A stretch of DNA of 64,000 nucleotides from Longimicrobiales bacterium. GTDB lineage: Bacteria; Gemmatimonadota; Gemmatimonadetes; Longimicrobiales; RSA9. Positions 49,002 through 59,137 of the stretch are shown here, one piece after another; the stretch's first letter is position 1; every line of letters starts with the position of its first letter. Where the stretch lies: the NCBI GenBank assembly GCA_035461105.1, contig DATHVV010000063.1, forward strand, positions 34,010-98,009, in the 5' to 3' direction. The position numbers and the translations under genes were made by a program. Below the pieces are notes generated by a model. It did no database searches, had not been told where the DNA came from, and saw only the letters and a program-made list of their open reading frames with translations.

Positions 49002-49511
49002 TCAGCGCACGACGCGCAGGTCGCCGGTCAGCAGGGTGGTCGGCCCGAAGCTGGGCTGTCCGAGGGCGCCCGCGTCCACCGCCAGGTTGCCCACGAGTCG
49101 ATATTCGATGGCGTTGCCGGTAACCGCGTTGCGGAGTGCGTTCGCGAGGCCGGGCACGTCCGCGAAGCTGACGTTGAGGTCGAGCGGGATGATCGTGTCG
49201 CCCTGCGCGATCAGGGGCAGCCCGAGCGGCAGATCGAACGTCGCCGCCTGCTGACCCTCGAGCAGCAGGTTCCCCGCGAGGCGCGAGAGCGTGAGGCCGA
49301 AGGCGTTGGGGTTGGCGACGCGCGCCCAGACCCGGATCCCGGCGCCGCCCAGCGGCCGCGACGTGGAGGGTCCGAGCAGGCGCAGCTCGGAGTCGCGGTC
49401 GGGGACGCGATCGAACGTCGGCGGTGCGATCAGGCCGCCCAGCGATGCACAGGCGGCCAGCGCCGTACAGGCTACTGCCGCGACCACGGTCCGGCGCCAC
49501 GTCCTTCGCAT
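49002..49511 (-). CDS. LEA_2 / WHy (water-stress and hypersensitive-response) domain lipoprotein
   Basis: Signal peptide and lipobox (LAAC). Single LEA14-like beta-sandwich with NPN..L and TIPLDL motifs. Recognised from memory. Confidence 0.55.
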   Translation of the reverse strand: MRRTWRRTVVAAVACTALAACASLGGLIAPPTFDRVPDRDSELRLLGPSTSRPLGGAGIRVWARVANPNAFGLTLSRLAGNLLLEGQQAATFDLPLGLPLIAQGDTIIPLDLNVSFADVPGLANALRNAVTGNAIEYRLVGNLAVDAGALGQPSFGPTTLLTGDLRVVR

Positions 49512-49520
49512 TCGTGCCTC

Positions 49521-49760
49521 CTACTCGGGGGCCGGACCGCCGGCCTTGTGCCGATACGTGATGCGCCCCCGTGACAGGTCGTACGGCGAGAGCTCCAGGG
49601 TCACCCGGTCCCCCACCAGCACCCGGATCTTGAACTTCGACATCTTGCCGGCCGCGTAGGCCAGCACGGTGTGACCGTTCTCCAGCAGCACGCGGTAGTT
49701 GCGGTCCGGCAGGACCTCGGTCACCACCCCGTCCATCTCGATGCCCTCCTGCTTCGCCAT
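49521..49760 (-). CDS. infA: Translation initiation factor IF-1
   Basis: [72 protein letters not shown] aligns along its whole length with canonical IF-1. Confidence 0.9.
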   Translation of the reverse strand: MAKQEGIEMDGVVTEVLPDRNYRVLLENGHTVLAYAAGKMSKFKIRVLVGDRVTLELSPYDLSRGRITYRHKAGGPAPE

Positions 49761-49957
49761 GCACCCGCTCCGCTCGTCAGGTCGTCCGGCTCTCTTGCAC
49801 GGCCGGAGGCAGGAAAAATAGTGCCGCTTCGCAGGCGCACGCGAGACTGACTTGCCCCGCGCGCCCGGCGGCAACCCCACCCGCAAGCGGCAAAGCCCCG
49901 CCCATCCGGGCGGGGCTCTCCAGTCCGCTTTCACCACTGCGCCGACGACCCCGGATC

Positions 49958-50272
49958 CTACCAGCCGTCGCCCCTGTCACCCTCGCGATCGGCGGGCACG
50001 CCGCGGCTGCCGCCACGACCCACCTGGCCCGCACCGCTGCTCCCCGGGCCCCCGGCCGCGGGCGGATTCAGCCGCGTAACGTTGATCGCCTTGAGCCCGC
50101 GGTCCTCCTCCACGACCTCGAACTCGACTTCCTCACCTTCGCTCAGCGTCTTGAACCCGGAGCCCTGAATGGCCGAGTGGTGGACGAATACGTCCGGGCC
50201 GCTCTGCCGCCTGATGAATCCGTAGCCCTTGTCCTGAGCGAACCACTTAACGTTGCCCGTCTCGCGCGCCAT
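49958..50272 (-). CDS. Cold-shock protein (CspA family) with C-terminal Gly/Arg-rich tail
   Basis: Start [20 protein letters not shown], with RNP1 motif (KGYGFI) and RNP2-like VFVHH. A 35-aa G/R/S-rich extension follows. The rest of the 694-aa ORF is antisense to the FAD-Rieske gene and spurious. Confidence 0.85.
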   Translation of the reverse strand: MARETGNVKWFAQDKGYGFIRRQSGPDVFVHHSAIQGSGFKTLSEGEEVEFEVVEEDRGLKAINVTRLNPPAAGGPGSSGAGQVGRGGSRGVPADREGDRGDGW

Positions 50273-50340
50273 ATCGTGCCTGCCGTCTCCGGTGGATATG
50301 GAAACCCGGGGGCAGGAATGCATGAGTCGTTCCAACCGGC

Positions 50341-50424
50341 AGGGACCAGGGCAGAGGGCGAGGGCGAGGAGGGGGCGGGAAGGGAGGGTGGGGGGTTGGA
50401 GGGGGAGGCGAGAGGGGGAGGGGC
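50341..50424 (+). repeat. About 85-nt G-rich tract (many GGG/GGGG runs, GGGCGAGGGCGAGG motif) in the csp / FAD-oxidoreductase divergent region
   Basis: AGGGACCAGGGCAGAGGGCGAGGGCGAGGAGGGGGCGGGAAGGGAGGGTGGGGGGTTGGAGGGGGAGGCGAGAGGGGGAGGGG. It is strongly strand-asymmetric. Confidence 0.6.
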
Positions 50425-50473
50425 ACGGCGTGTGCGCCTGCGCGGCGGGCGAGCGCAACAACGGAGCGTAAAC

Positions 50474-51985
50474 ATGGATTCCAGGGAAGATCGGACACGC
50501 ACGCTGTGGCGGAGCACGGTCGAGCTGCCGGCGTTCGAGCGGCTCCGGGCCAATGCGGACGTGGACGTATGCGTGGTCGGGGCGGGCATCGCGGGGCTGA
50601 GCACGGCCTACCTGCTGGCCCGGGAGGGCCGCAGCGTGCTGGTGCTCGACGACGGCGACATCGGCGGCGGCGAGACGGGCAACACGACCGCGCACCTCTC
50701 GAACGCGTTCGATGATCGGTTTTCTGAAGCCGAGCGGCTGTTCGGCGAGGGCGGCGCACGACTGATCGCGGCCAGCCACGGTGCGGCCATCCGGATGATC
50801 CGGGAGATCGCGGAGCGCGAGCGCATCGAGTGCGACTTCGCCACGGTGGACGGCTACCTGTTCCCGGCGCCGGGCGGTGAATCGCAGCTGCGCGAGGAGG
50901 CGCGCGCGGCGCGCACGGCGGGCATCGACGTGGTCATCACGCAGGACCCGCCCTGGAACCCGTTCGGTACGGGTCCCGCCCTCCGCTTCCCGGGCCAGGC
51001 GCGGTTTCATCCGCTCAAATACCTGGCCGGGGTGGCGGCCGCGGTCCACCGACAGGGGCGCATCTGCACCGGCACGAAGGTGAGTGCGATCCACGGCGGG
51101 GAGCGCGTGCGGGTAGAGACCACGGGCGGCGCGGTCGTGACCGCGGGCGCGTGCGTGGTCGCCACCAACGCAGCCATCACGGACATGTTCCAGACGCACT
51201 TGAAGGCGGCGCCGTATCGTACGTTCGTGGTCGCGCTCGAGGTTCCTTCCGGGACCGTGCCCGATGCGCTCTACTGGGAAGACGCCGATCCCTACATCTA
51301 CATCCGCCTGCACCCGGGCTCCGGCCGCGACTACCTGATCGTGGGTGGCGAGGACCACAAGACCGGCCAGGAGGACGATGGCGCGGAGCGGCTGCAGCGG
51401 CTCGAGCGCTGGACACGCGAGCGCGTGTCGGCGGCGGGTGCGCTCGCGTTCGCGTGGTCCGGCCAGGTCATCGAGCCGGACGACTGCGTCGCCTTCATCG
51501 GCCCCAACCCGGATGGCGCCGAGAACGTCTACATCATCACCGGCGACTCGGGACAGGGCATGACCCACGGGACCCTCGGGGCACTGCTGCTGACCGACCT
51601 GATCCAGGGGCGGGCCAACGAGTGGGCGCAGCTCTACGATCCGCGGCGCGTCAGCGCAGGCGCGGTCGGGGAGTACCTGCGTCAGAACCTGAACGTCGCA
51701 GCGCAGTACGCGGACTACGTGAAGCCTGGTGAGGTGCGCAGCGCCGACGAGGTGGCACCGGGCACCGGCTGCCTGATGCGCCGGGGCGCGAAGATCCTGG
51801 CCGTCTATCGCGACCCCGATGGACACGTCCACGAACGCTCTGCGGTGTGCACGCACATGAAGTGCATCGTAGCCTGGAACGAGCTGGAGAGATCGTGGGA
51901 CTGCCCCTGCCACGGCTCGCGCTTCGACCCCTACGGCCGCGTGCTGAACGGGCCGGCCATCGAGGAGCTCGGTCCCGCCGAGTGA
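50474..51985 (+). CDS. FAD-dependent oxidoreductase fused to C-terminal Rieske [2Fe-2S] domain
   Basis: Start [14 protein letters not shown]-terminal dinucleotide-binding motif [16 protein letters not shown]-terminal CTHMKC...CPCHGSRF Rieske ligands. Confidence 0.8.
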   Translation: MDSREDRTRTLWRSTVELPAFERLRANADVDVCVVGAGIAGLSTAYLLAREGRSVLVLDDGDIGGGETGNTTAHLSNAFDDRFSEAERLFGEGGARLIAASHGAAIRMIREIAERERIECDFATVDGYLFPAPGGESQLREEARAARTAGIDVVITQDPPWNPFGTGPALRFPGQARFHPLKYLAGVAAAVHRQGRICTGTKVSAIHGGERVRVETTGGAVVTAGACVVATNAAITDMFQTHLKAAPYRTFVVALEVPSGTVPDALYWEDADPYIYIRLHPGSGRDYLIVGGEDHKTGQEDDGAERLQRLERWTRERVSAAGALAFAWSGQVIEPDDCVAFIGPNPDGAENVYIITGDSGQGMTHGTLGALLLTDLIQGRANEWAQLYDPRRVSAGAVGEYLRQNLNVAAQYADYVKPGEVRSADEVAPGTGCLMRRGAKILAVYRDPDGHVHERSAVCTHMKCIVAWNELERSWDCPCHGSRFDPYGRVLNGPAIEELGPAE

Positions 51986-52083
51986 CGGGCTTGCCCCGAG
52001 TGCGGATCGCCGCACGGCGCGAGCCGCGTCCGGGGCCGGCAACGGCGCTGGCGCGGAGCGGGCGGTGCAGTAGCTTTGCGCGT

Positions 52084-53250
52084 ATGAGTTTCCACGACCG
52101 CGTCCGCTTCCCGCGCGGCTTCCGCTGCGCCGCTCGCAACTGCGGACTGAAGGCGGAGGGTCCCGACCTTTCGCTGTTCGTGTCCGACGTCGACGCGGCG
52201 GCCGCCGCCGTCTTCACGCGCAACCGGTTCCCCGGCGCCCCCGTGATCCTCGGGCGCGAGACGATCGCCGGCGGCGTGCTTCGCGCAGTGGTCGTGAACA
52301 GCAGGGTGAGCAACGTCGCCACGGGCGAGGTCGGCGTGGCCCGGGCGCGGCGCATGGCGGCCGCGGCGGCGCACGAGGCCGGCACCACGCCGGAGCGGGT
52401 CCTGGTCAGCTCCACGGGCGTGATCGGCGTGGCGCTCCCGATCGAGAAGATCGAGGCCGGCCTGTCCGGCATGGGCCGGGCGCTCGGCGACGACCCGCTG
52501 GTCGGCGCGACGGGCATGATGACCACCGACTCGTTCCCGAAGGCGCTCTCGCTCGACGCCGGCACCGCCACGATCACGCTCGTGGGCAAGGGTGCGGGCA
52601 TGATCGAGCCGAACCTGGCGACGATGCTCGTCTACATCTTCACCGACGCGGCGTTCGCGGCGGCCGAGCTCGATGCCATGCTGCGCGCGGCCGTGCACGG
52701 CTCGTTCAACATGCTCTCCATCGATACCGACACGAGCACCTCGGACACGGTCGCGCTGCTCGCGAACGGCCGGGCCGGACCGGTCGCCCGCGACGTCTTC
52801 GAGCCGGCGCTGCGGGCGGGCTGCGTGCGCATGACGGAGCTGATCGCGCGCGATGGCGAGGGTGCCAGCAAGCTGCTGCGCGTGCACGTGCGCGGCGCGG
52901 CCTCGGAGGCGGACGCGCGCACCGTCGCGAAGTCGCTGGTCAACTCGCCGCTGATCAAGACCATGGTGTATGGCGCGGATCCCAACGTAGGCCGCATCCT
53001 GATGGCGATCGGCAAATGCTTCGATGCCGCGATCGTACCGGCAGCGACGCACGCATCCATCGGCGGCATCCAGGTGGTCGCCGGCGGCGCGCGGGCCGAG
53101 TTCGACGAGGCCCGCGTGCGGCACGTGCTCGGCTGCGACCCTGTCGACCTGGAGGTGGACCTCGGTACCGGCGCGGCCGCGGTGACTGCCTGGGGCTGCG
53201 ATCTCACGGAAGGCTACATCCGCGAGAACGCAGCGTACTATTCCAGTTGA
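52084..53250 (+). CDS. argJ: Bifunctional glutamate N-acetyltransferase / amino-acid acetyltransferase
   Basis: Start [17 protein letters not shown]. Autoproteolytic and nucleophile motif ATML ([13 protein letters not shown]). Typical 389-aa length. Confidence 0.85.
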   Translation: MSFHDRVRFPRGFRCAARNCGLKAEGPDLSLFVSDVDAAAAAVFTRNRFPGAPVILGRETIAGGVLRAVVVNSRVSNVATGEVGVARARRMAAAAAHEAGTTPERVLVSSTGVIGVALPIEKIEAGLSGMGRALGDDPLVGATGMMTTDSFPKALSLDAGTATITLVGKGAGMIEPNLATMLVYIFTDAAFAAAELDAMLRAAVHGSFNMLSIDTDTSTSDTVALLANGRAGPVARDVFEPALRAGCVRMTELIARDGEGASKLLRVHVRGAASEADARTVAKSLVNSPLIKTMVYGADPNVGRILMAIGKCFDAAIVPAATHASIGGIQVVAGGARAEFDEARVRHVLGCDPVDLEVDLGTGAAAVTAWGCDLTEGYIRENAAYYSS

Positions 53251-53253
53251 TAG

Positions 53254-53352
53254 GGATAGGGATAGGCGGGCTCAGGGGGGTTTAGGGGTCGAGGCTCTCC
53301 CGCTCCGCGTCCTGGTCCCTATCCTATCCCTATCCCTATCCCTGTCCCTGTC
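53254..53352. repeat. Hexamer tandem-repeat inverted structure (GGGATA)n ... (TATCCC)n(TGTCCC)2
   Basis: GATAGGGATAGGGATAGG-[about 45 nt G/C loop]-CCTATCCTATCCCTATCCCTATCCCTGTCCCTGTC. It starts 4 nt after the argJ stop and ends 5 nt before the next start. Confidence 0.6.
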
Positions 53353-53356
53353 TCCG

Positions 53357-55099
53357 ATGTTCAGAATCCGGCGGATCTTCGACGATACTGCGCCGCACGA
53401 TGCGGCGGCACTCGCGCAGGTGCAGCAGATCCTGCGCGAGCAGTTTCCGGACGTGCCCGAGTCGAAGGTACGGCGCGTGCCGGCGTCCCTGCGCGACCCG
53501 ATGACGCTCCGTTTCCGCAGCATCCTGTTCGTCGCCGAGCAGCGCGGGCGGGTGATCGGGTTCGCGCTGCTGCTGCACGCGCCCGACCTGGATTTCTGCT
53601 TCCTGGACTACATCGCGACGGTGAAGGCGGGGAGTGGTCGGGGCGTGGGCGGCGCGCTCTACGAGCGGGCGCGGGATGAAGCGGTCGGGCTCGGCGCGGT
53701 CGGCATCTTCCTCGAGGCGCTGCCCGACGACCCGCAGCTCTGCCCGGGCCCGGACCGGTTGCGCCAGAACGCGGCGCGGCTCCGCTTCTACGAGCGGTAC
53801 GGCGCGTTCCCGATCGCGAACACCGCCTACGAGACCCCGGTCGGGCCGGGGGAGGAGTGTCCGCCCTACCTGGTGTTCGATGACGTGGGCAGCGAGCGAC
53901 CGCTGTCGCGCCGGCGCGCCCGGGAGATCGTGCGCGCCATCCTGGAGCGGGTCTACCCGCAGCTCTGCCCGCCCGCCTACGTGCAGCTGGTCATGGACTC
54001 GTTCCGTGACGATCCGGTGCAGCTGCGCGCACCCCGTTACCTCAAGCCGGACGCGGGCGGGGTCGCGCCGGCGGAGCCGGGCCGGCGGATCGCGCTGGTT
54101 CAGACCGAGCAGCATCGGCTGCACCACGTACGCGAGCGCGGTTACGTCGAGGCGCCGGTGCGCATCGAGGCGCTGCTGCGCGAGCTGCGCCGGCTGCCGC
54201 TTTTCGACGACGTCCCGGTGCGCCGCTTTCCGGACAGCCACATCCTGGCGGTGCACGACCGCGATTTCGTGGAGTACCTGCGCCGGGTCTGCAACGGACT
54301 GGGCGAGAACGAGGTGGTGTACCCGTACGTCTTCCCGATCCGCAACGCGACGCGGCCGCCGCGCGACCTGGCCGTGCGCGCCGGCTACTACTGCATCGAT
54401 ACGTTCACGCCGCTCAGCCGCAACGCCTGGATCGCGGCGCGACACGCCGTCGACTGCGCGCTCACCGCCGCCCAGAAGCTGCTCGAGGCGTATCCGCTGG
54501 CCTATGCGCTGGTGCGCCCGCCCGGCCACCACGCCGAGGTGCGCGCCTTCGGCGGCTTCTGCTACTTCGGCACCGCGGCCATCGCGGCACACTACCTGAG
54601 CCAGGCCGGGCGCGTCGCGATCCTCGACATCGACTACCACCACGGGAACAGCCAGCAGAGCATCTTCTGGCGGCGCGCCGACGTGCTCACCGTGAGCATC
54701 CACGGCCATCCGTCCTTCGCCTATCCGTACTTCACCGGGTTCGAGGAGGAGCGCGGCGAGGCGGAGGGCGCAGGCTTCAACCTGAACATCGCGCTGCCGG
54801 AGCAGGTGGAGGGCGCCGCGTACCGCCGGGCGCTGCAGCGCGCCCTCGCCGAGGTGCGCCGCTTCGCGCCGGAGTACCTGGTGGTGGCGCTCGGCCTGGA
54901 CACCGCGCGCGGCGACCCGACCGGCAGCTGGTCGCTCAACGCCGAGGACTTCGCGCGCAACGGCGAGCTGATCGGCGCCCTGCGCGTGCCCACTCTGGTC
55001 GTGCAGGAGGGCGGCTACCGGACCCGCTCCATCGGTGTCAACGCGCGCCACTTCTTCGACGGGCTGTGGCGCGGCAAGTACCCGGCGGCGAAACGCTGA
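53357..55099 (+). CDS. GNAT N-acetyltransferase fused to histone-deacetylase-family (acetylpolyamine amidohydrolase / AcuC-like) domain
   Basis: The N-terminal 200 aa has a GNAT core (VIGFALLL...KAGSGRGVGGALYERA). The C-terminal 360 aa has HDAC signatures (RPPGHHA, DIDYHHGNS, EGGY). Length is 580 aa. Confidence 0.75.
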   Translation: MFRIRRIFDDTAPHDAAALAQVQQILREQFPDVPESKVRRVPASLRDPMTLRFRSILFVAEQRGRVIGFALLLHAPDLDFCFLDYIATVKAGSGRGVGGALYERARDEAVGLGAVGIFLEALPDDPQLCPGPDRLRQNAARLRFYERYGAFPIANTAYETPVGPGEECPPYLVFDDVGSERPLSRRRAREIVRAILERVYPQLCPPAYVQLVMDSFRDDPVQLRAPRYLKPDAGGVAPAEPGRRIALVQTEQHRLHHVRERGYVEAPVRIEALLRELRRLPLFDDVPVRRFPDSHILAVHDRDFVEYLRRVCNGLGENEVVYPYVFPIRNATRPPRDLAVRAGYYCIDTFTPLSRNAWIAARHAVDCALTAAQKLLEAYPLAYALVRPPGHHAEVRAFGGFCYFGTAAIAAHYLSQAGRVAILDIDYHHGNSQQSIFWRRADVLTVSIHGHPSFAYPYFTGFEEERGEAEGAGFNLNIALPEQVEGAAYRRALQRALAEVRRFAPEYLVVALGLDTARGDPTGSWSLNAEDFARNGELIGALRVPTLVVQEGGYRTRSIGVNARHFFDGLWRGKYPAAKR

Positions 55100-55213
55100 G
55101 AATGAAATCCGGTCCCGCGCATGCCGTCGCCCTTCGCGCACGCCAGGGGGTAGGCATCGCTTGCGGTGGCCGGCAACTTGCTCAGGCAGCGCGTACGCAA
55201 AGGAGGGTGAGCG

Positions 55214-55513
55214 ATGCCGGAGGCGTGGGAGCTTTATTACGATGAGGTCTACCGGCGCGCCGCGCGCGTGGCCGATCAGCGCTTCGATCGCGGCCGCGCG
55301 TTCGCGGAGGCGGCGCACGAGGCGTACCGCACCGTCGCCAACCGCCTCTCGAACGAGGCGGAGTGGAGCGACGACCACACGCTCCACGTCATGCACGGAC
55401 TGAACGCCGCGATGAAGCAGTGGATCGACTGCGGCGAGTGCTCGTGGGACGACCTGCGTGCGCGGCTTCGGAAAGCCTGGGGCCAGGCCACCGAGAGCCG
55501 CCCCACGGCCTAG
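55214..55513 (+). CDS. Hypothetical protein
   Basis: 99-aa ORF with a strong SD (AAGGAGGG, 7 nt upstream of ATG). Composition is coding-like. No domain recognised. Confidence 0.55.
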   Translation: MPEAWELYYDEVYRRAARVADQRFDRGRAFAEAAHEAYRTVANRLSNEAEWSDDHTLHVMHGLNAAMKQWIDCGECSWDDLRARLRKAWGQATESRPTA

Positions 55514-55887
55514 CCCATTCCCCAGGTTCCCGGGTCCTGACGGCGCGGGCAGCCGGAGCCCTGACGGCGCGGCCTGCCGGCGCGGGCGACGCGCCATCGC
55601 GGGGTCCGGCAGGAAGTTGGCGATGCCGGGGGGCGCCGGGCGCGGCTGCGTTCCAGGGCCCGGGCCGTCCGCCCCATCGTGACCCTCCCGGGCGGTCCAG
55701 AAAAGGGTTAGATTGCATGGTTGATGCAATCCACGAGGCCGGCTTCGCCCTCCTGGCGGACCCGGTCTTTTTGCGAGAGTGCGTCGAGCATGCGTCCCGG
55801 TAAGGCACCGGGAATCGTCCGGTCGGACCGACCGGGGGCGGCGGGGAAGGACCCCAACGCCAGTACAGCTGGAAGAGAGGACAGATT

Positions 55888-57132
55888 TTGACGTTCGAGG
55901 AACTGGTACCGTCCGGGCCGCTGCGGCGTGCGATCGCGGAGCAGGGCTGGACGACGCCGACGCCGATTCAGCAGAAGGCGATTCCGGCGGCGCGCGCGGG
56001 ACGGGATGTGGTGGGGATCGCACAGACGGGTACGGGCAAGACGGCGGGGTTCCTGATCCCGTCGGTGGAGAAGCAGCTGGACAGGGACGGGCTGCACACG
56101 CTGGTGCTGTGTCCGACGCGTGAGCTGGCCGACCAGGTGGCGGCCGACGCGCGCACGCTGCTCCGGCACACCGACTTGTGGGTGGGCACGATCGTTGGCG
56201 GGGTGCCGATGGGTCCGCAGGTGCGCGATCTGCGCGCGGGCTTCGACGTGCTGGTGGCGACGCCCGGTCGCCTGCTCGATCACCTCGAGCGCGGCAACGT
56301 GAAGCTGAACGAAATCCAGACGCTGGTGCTCGACGAGGCCGATCGCATGCTGGACATGGGATTCCGGCCGCAGATCGACGCGATCCTGGCGCAGCTCCCG
56401 AAGGTGCGGCAGACCATGCTGTTCTCGGCGACCATGCCGAACGGCGTGCATGCCATGGCGTTGCGCATCATGAACGATCCGGTCTGGGTCGAAGCGGCGC
56501 CGCAGTCGACGGTGGCGGACCGCGTCGAGCAGAAGGTGTACTCGGTGCGGGCCGAGCGTAAGCCGGCCCTGCTGCTGGAGCTGCTGAAGGAGACGCACTG
56601 GGAGCAGGTGCTCGTGTTCACGGCCACGAAGGTGGGTGCGGACGCACTGCTCTCGCGCCTCGCGAGGGCCGGGATCCGGGCCGAGGTGATGCACGGCGAC
56701 CGTGACATGAAGCAGCGTCGCAAGGCGCTCGAGCTGTTCACGGATGGCAAGGTACAGGTGCTGGTCGCGACGGACGTGGCGCAGCGCGGCCTCGACATCG
56801 AGGGCATCAGCCACGTCGTCAATTACAACGTGCCGCGCCAGCCCGAGGATTACGTGCACCGCATCGGGCGGACGGCGCGCGCGGGCGCGTCGGGCTCGGC
56901 GGTGACGTTCATGTCGGGCGGCGAGCTGGCGGCGATGAAGGACATCGAGCGGCTGCTCGGCTACCGCGTGGAACGCGTGTCGCTGGCCGATTACGACTAC
57001 GAGGGCTCGACGGTCGATGAGCAGCCGGTACGCCCGGTCGCAAAGGCGAACCGCAGCGGCAGCCGGATCGGCACGCGCAGCGCGAAGGAGCTCTCTCCCG
57101 AACAGCTGCGGGAGCTGCTTAAAGTCGGGTGA
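55888..57132 (+). CDS. DEAD-box ATP-dependent RNA helicase
   Basis: TTG start (MTFEELVPSG). Q-motif (TPIQ), motif I (AQTGTGKT), DEAD (VLDEAD), SAT and HRIGRTAR motifs. Basic C-terminal tail. Confidence 0.85.
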   Translation: MTFEELVPSGPLRRAIAEQGWTTPTPIQQKAIPAARAGRDVVGIAQTGTGKTAGFLIPSVEKQLDRDGLHTLVLCPTRELADQVAADARTLLRHTDLWVGTIVGGVPMGPQVRDLRAGFDVLVATPGRLLDHLERGNVKLNEIQTLVLDEADRMLDMGFRPQIDAILAQLPKVRQTMLFSATMPNGVHAMALRIMNDPVWVEAAPQSTVADRVEQKVYSVRAERKPALLLELLKETHWEQVLVFTATKVGADALLSRLARAGIRAEVMHGDRDMKQRRKALELFTDGKVQVLVATDVAQRGLDIEGISHVVNYNVPRQPEDYVHRIGRTARAGASGSAVTFMSGGELAAMKDIERLLGYRVERVSLADYDYEGSTVDEQPVRPVAKANRSGSRIGTRSAKELSPEQLRELLKVG

Positions 57133-57157
57133 GTCCGGTCGGTGAGCGGTGATTGTG

Positions 57158-57190
57158 AACGGGGCGGCCTCCAGCGAGGCGCCCCGTTTT
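57158..57190 (+). terminator. Rho-independent terminator candidate after the helicase gene
   Basis: AACGGGGCGgcctccagcgagGCGCCCCGTT followed by TTTG. Confidence 0.45.
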
Positions 57191-57286
57191 GCCGTGCCGG
57201 CGGGTTTTGCGCCAGCGGCACCTTTCGCGACGCTACCGCGAACGGCATCCTGCGGGACCGTTCACTGCATAGCAGAGAGGTGACGA

Positions 57287-59118
57287 TGAGGCGCGTGCTG
57301 GTGATGGTGGTGGCGGCCGGCAGCCTGGCGGCGAGCGAGGGCGCGGCGCAGCGGCCCGTGGTCGAGAAGCTGGAGCCGCCGAACTGGTGGGCGGGTCACA
57401 CGATCAACCCGGTGCGCGTGTTGATCAGGGGCCGGCACCTGGCGGGGGCGCGGCTCGAGTGCCCGCGCCTGGCCTGCTCGAACGTGGTCGTGAACGCCGC
57501 CGGCACCTACGTGTTCGCGGACGTGGCCATCCCGGAGGGCCTCGCGCCGGGGAGCTACCCGCTGTCACTGCGTACCGCGCGCGGCGCGGCGCGGGTGCCG
57601 TTCTCGGTCACGGCGCCCCTGCCGCAGGAAGGCCGGTTCCAGGGGTTCGGCCCGGACGACGTCCTCTACCTGCTGATGCCGGACCGATTCGCGAACGGGG
57701 ATCCCACCAACGATGACCCGTCCGTCTCCCGTGGGATCCTGGACCGGAGCCGGGGGCGGCGCTATCACGGCGGCGACCTGGCGGGCGTGCGCGCGCGGCT
57801 GCCGTACCTGAAGTCGCTGGGCATCACCGCGATCTGGATGAACCCGATCTACGACAACACGAACCATCTCGACCGCAAGGAAGTCTATGACGGTGAGCCG
57901 ACCACGGCGTACCACGGCTATCATGCCATCGACTACTACGCGGTAGACGAACATCTCGGCGACCTGGCGGAGCTGCGGAGGTTGGTGGACGAGGCGCACG
58001 GGCACGGCATCAAGATCATCCTCGACATGGTCGCGAACCACACCAGTCCGTATCACCCCTGGGTCGCGGACTCGCCCACGCCCACCTGGTTCAACGGCAC
58101 CGAGCCGCAGCACCTCTCCAACACGTGGCAGGTGTGGAGCCTCGCCGACCCCTACTCGACCCCGGCGATCCGCACGCCGGTGCTGGACGGCTGGTTCATC
58201 GACCTGCTGCCCGACCTGAACCAGGACGATCCCGAGGTCGCGCGCTACCTGGTCCAGAACACGCTCTGGTGGACGGGCATGACCGGCATCGACGGGATCC
58301 GCCAGGACACCTGGCCATACGTGCCGCGTACGTTCTGGCGCGACTGGATGGCGGCGATCAAGCGCGAGCACCCGACCCTGCGCGTGGTCGGCGAGGTCTT
58401 CGACGGCGACCCGTCGGTGCTGTCGTTCTTCGAGGGCGGGCGCGTCAAGTTCGATGGCATCGACGACGGCGTCGACGCGCTCTTCGACTTCCCCCTCTTC
58501 TTTCCGTTGCGACGCGCGTTCGCGGCCGGCGGGCCGGTGCGCGAGCTGGCGCAGATGCTCGGCCGCGACCACCTCTACCACGATCCGGCGTCGCTGGTCA
58601 CGTTCCTGGGCCTGCACGATGTCGCGCGCTTCATGGGCGAGACGGGCGCCACCACTTCGGGACTCAAGCTCGCCTACACGTTCCTGCTGACCGCGCGCGG
58701 CACGCCGCTCATCTACTACGGCGACGAGATCGCCCTGCCCGGGGGCAACGATCCCGACAACCGGCGCGACTTCCCGGGCGGCTGGCCGGGCGATGCGCGC
58801 AACGCCTTCGAGCCGGCGGGCCGCACTCCCGCCGAGCAGGACGTGTTCGAGCACGTGCGCGCCCTGCTGCGCCTCCGCGCCGGGCGCGAGGAGCTCCGGC
58901 ACGGCCGGATGGAGCACCTGCACGTGAGCGACCAGGTCTACGTTTACCGCCGCGGCGGGAGCCTGGTGGCGCTCAACAACGGCGTGGAGGCAGCGGAGGT
59001 GCCGCTGCCGGGCATCGACGTCGGCAGCGCCGCGGTGCTCGGCCCGTGCCTCGCGCCGCGTCGCGACGCGCAGGCGGCGGTGATCACGCTCCCGGCGCGC
59101 ACGGGCTGCGTGTACTAG
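57287..59118 (+). CDS. GH13 alpha-amylase family enzyme (neopullulanase/cyclomaltodextrinase-like), secreted
   Basis: Start MRRVLVMVVAAGSLAA (signal peptide). N-terminal beta domain. GH13 regions DMVANH, GIDGIRQD, EVFD and LGLHD. Confidence 0.8.
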
Positions 59119-59137
59119 GGGCGAGGTCGAGGGCGAG

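Noticed and set aside
49958-52042. 694-aa minus ORF
   Set aside because: Only the last 104 aa (cold-shock protein) is real. The rest is antisense to the FAD-Rieske oxidoreductase.
53254-53352. Possible CRISPR array
   Set aside because: The repeats are 6-nt tandem units arranged as an inverted repeat. There are no repeat-spacer-repeat units of CRISPR size, and no cas genes are nearby.
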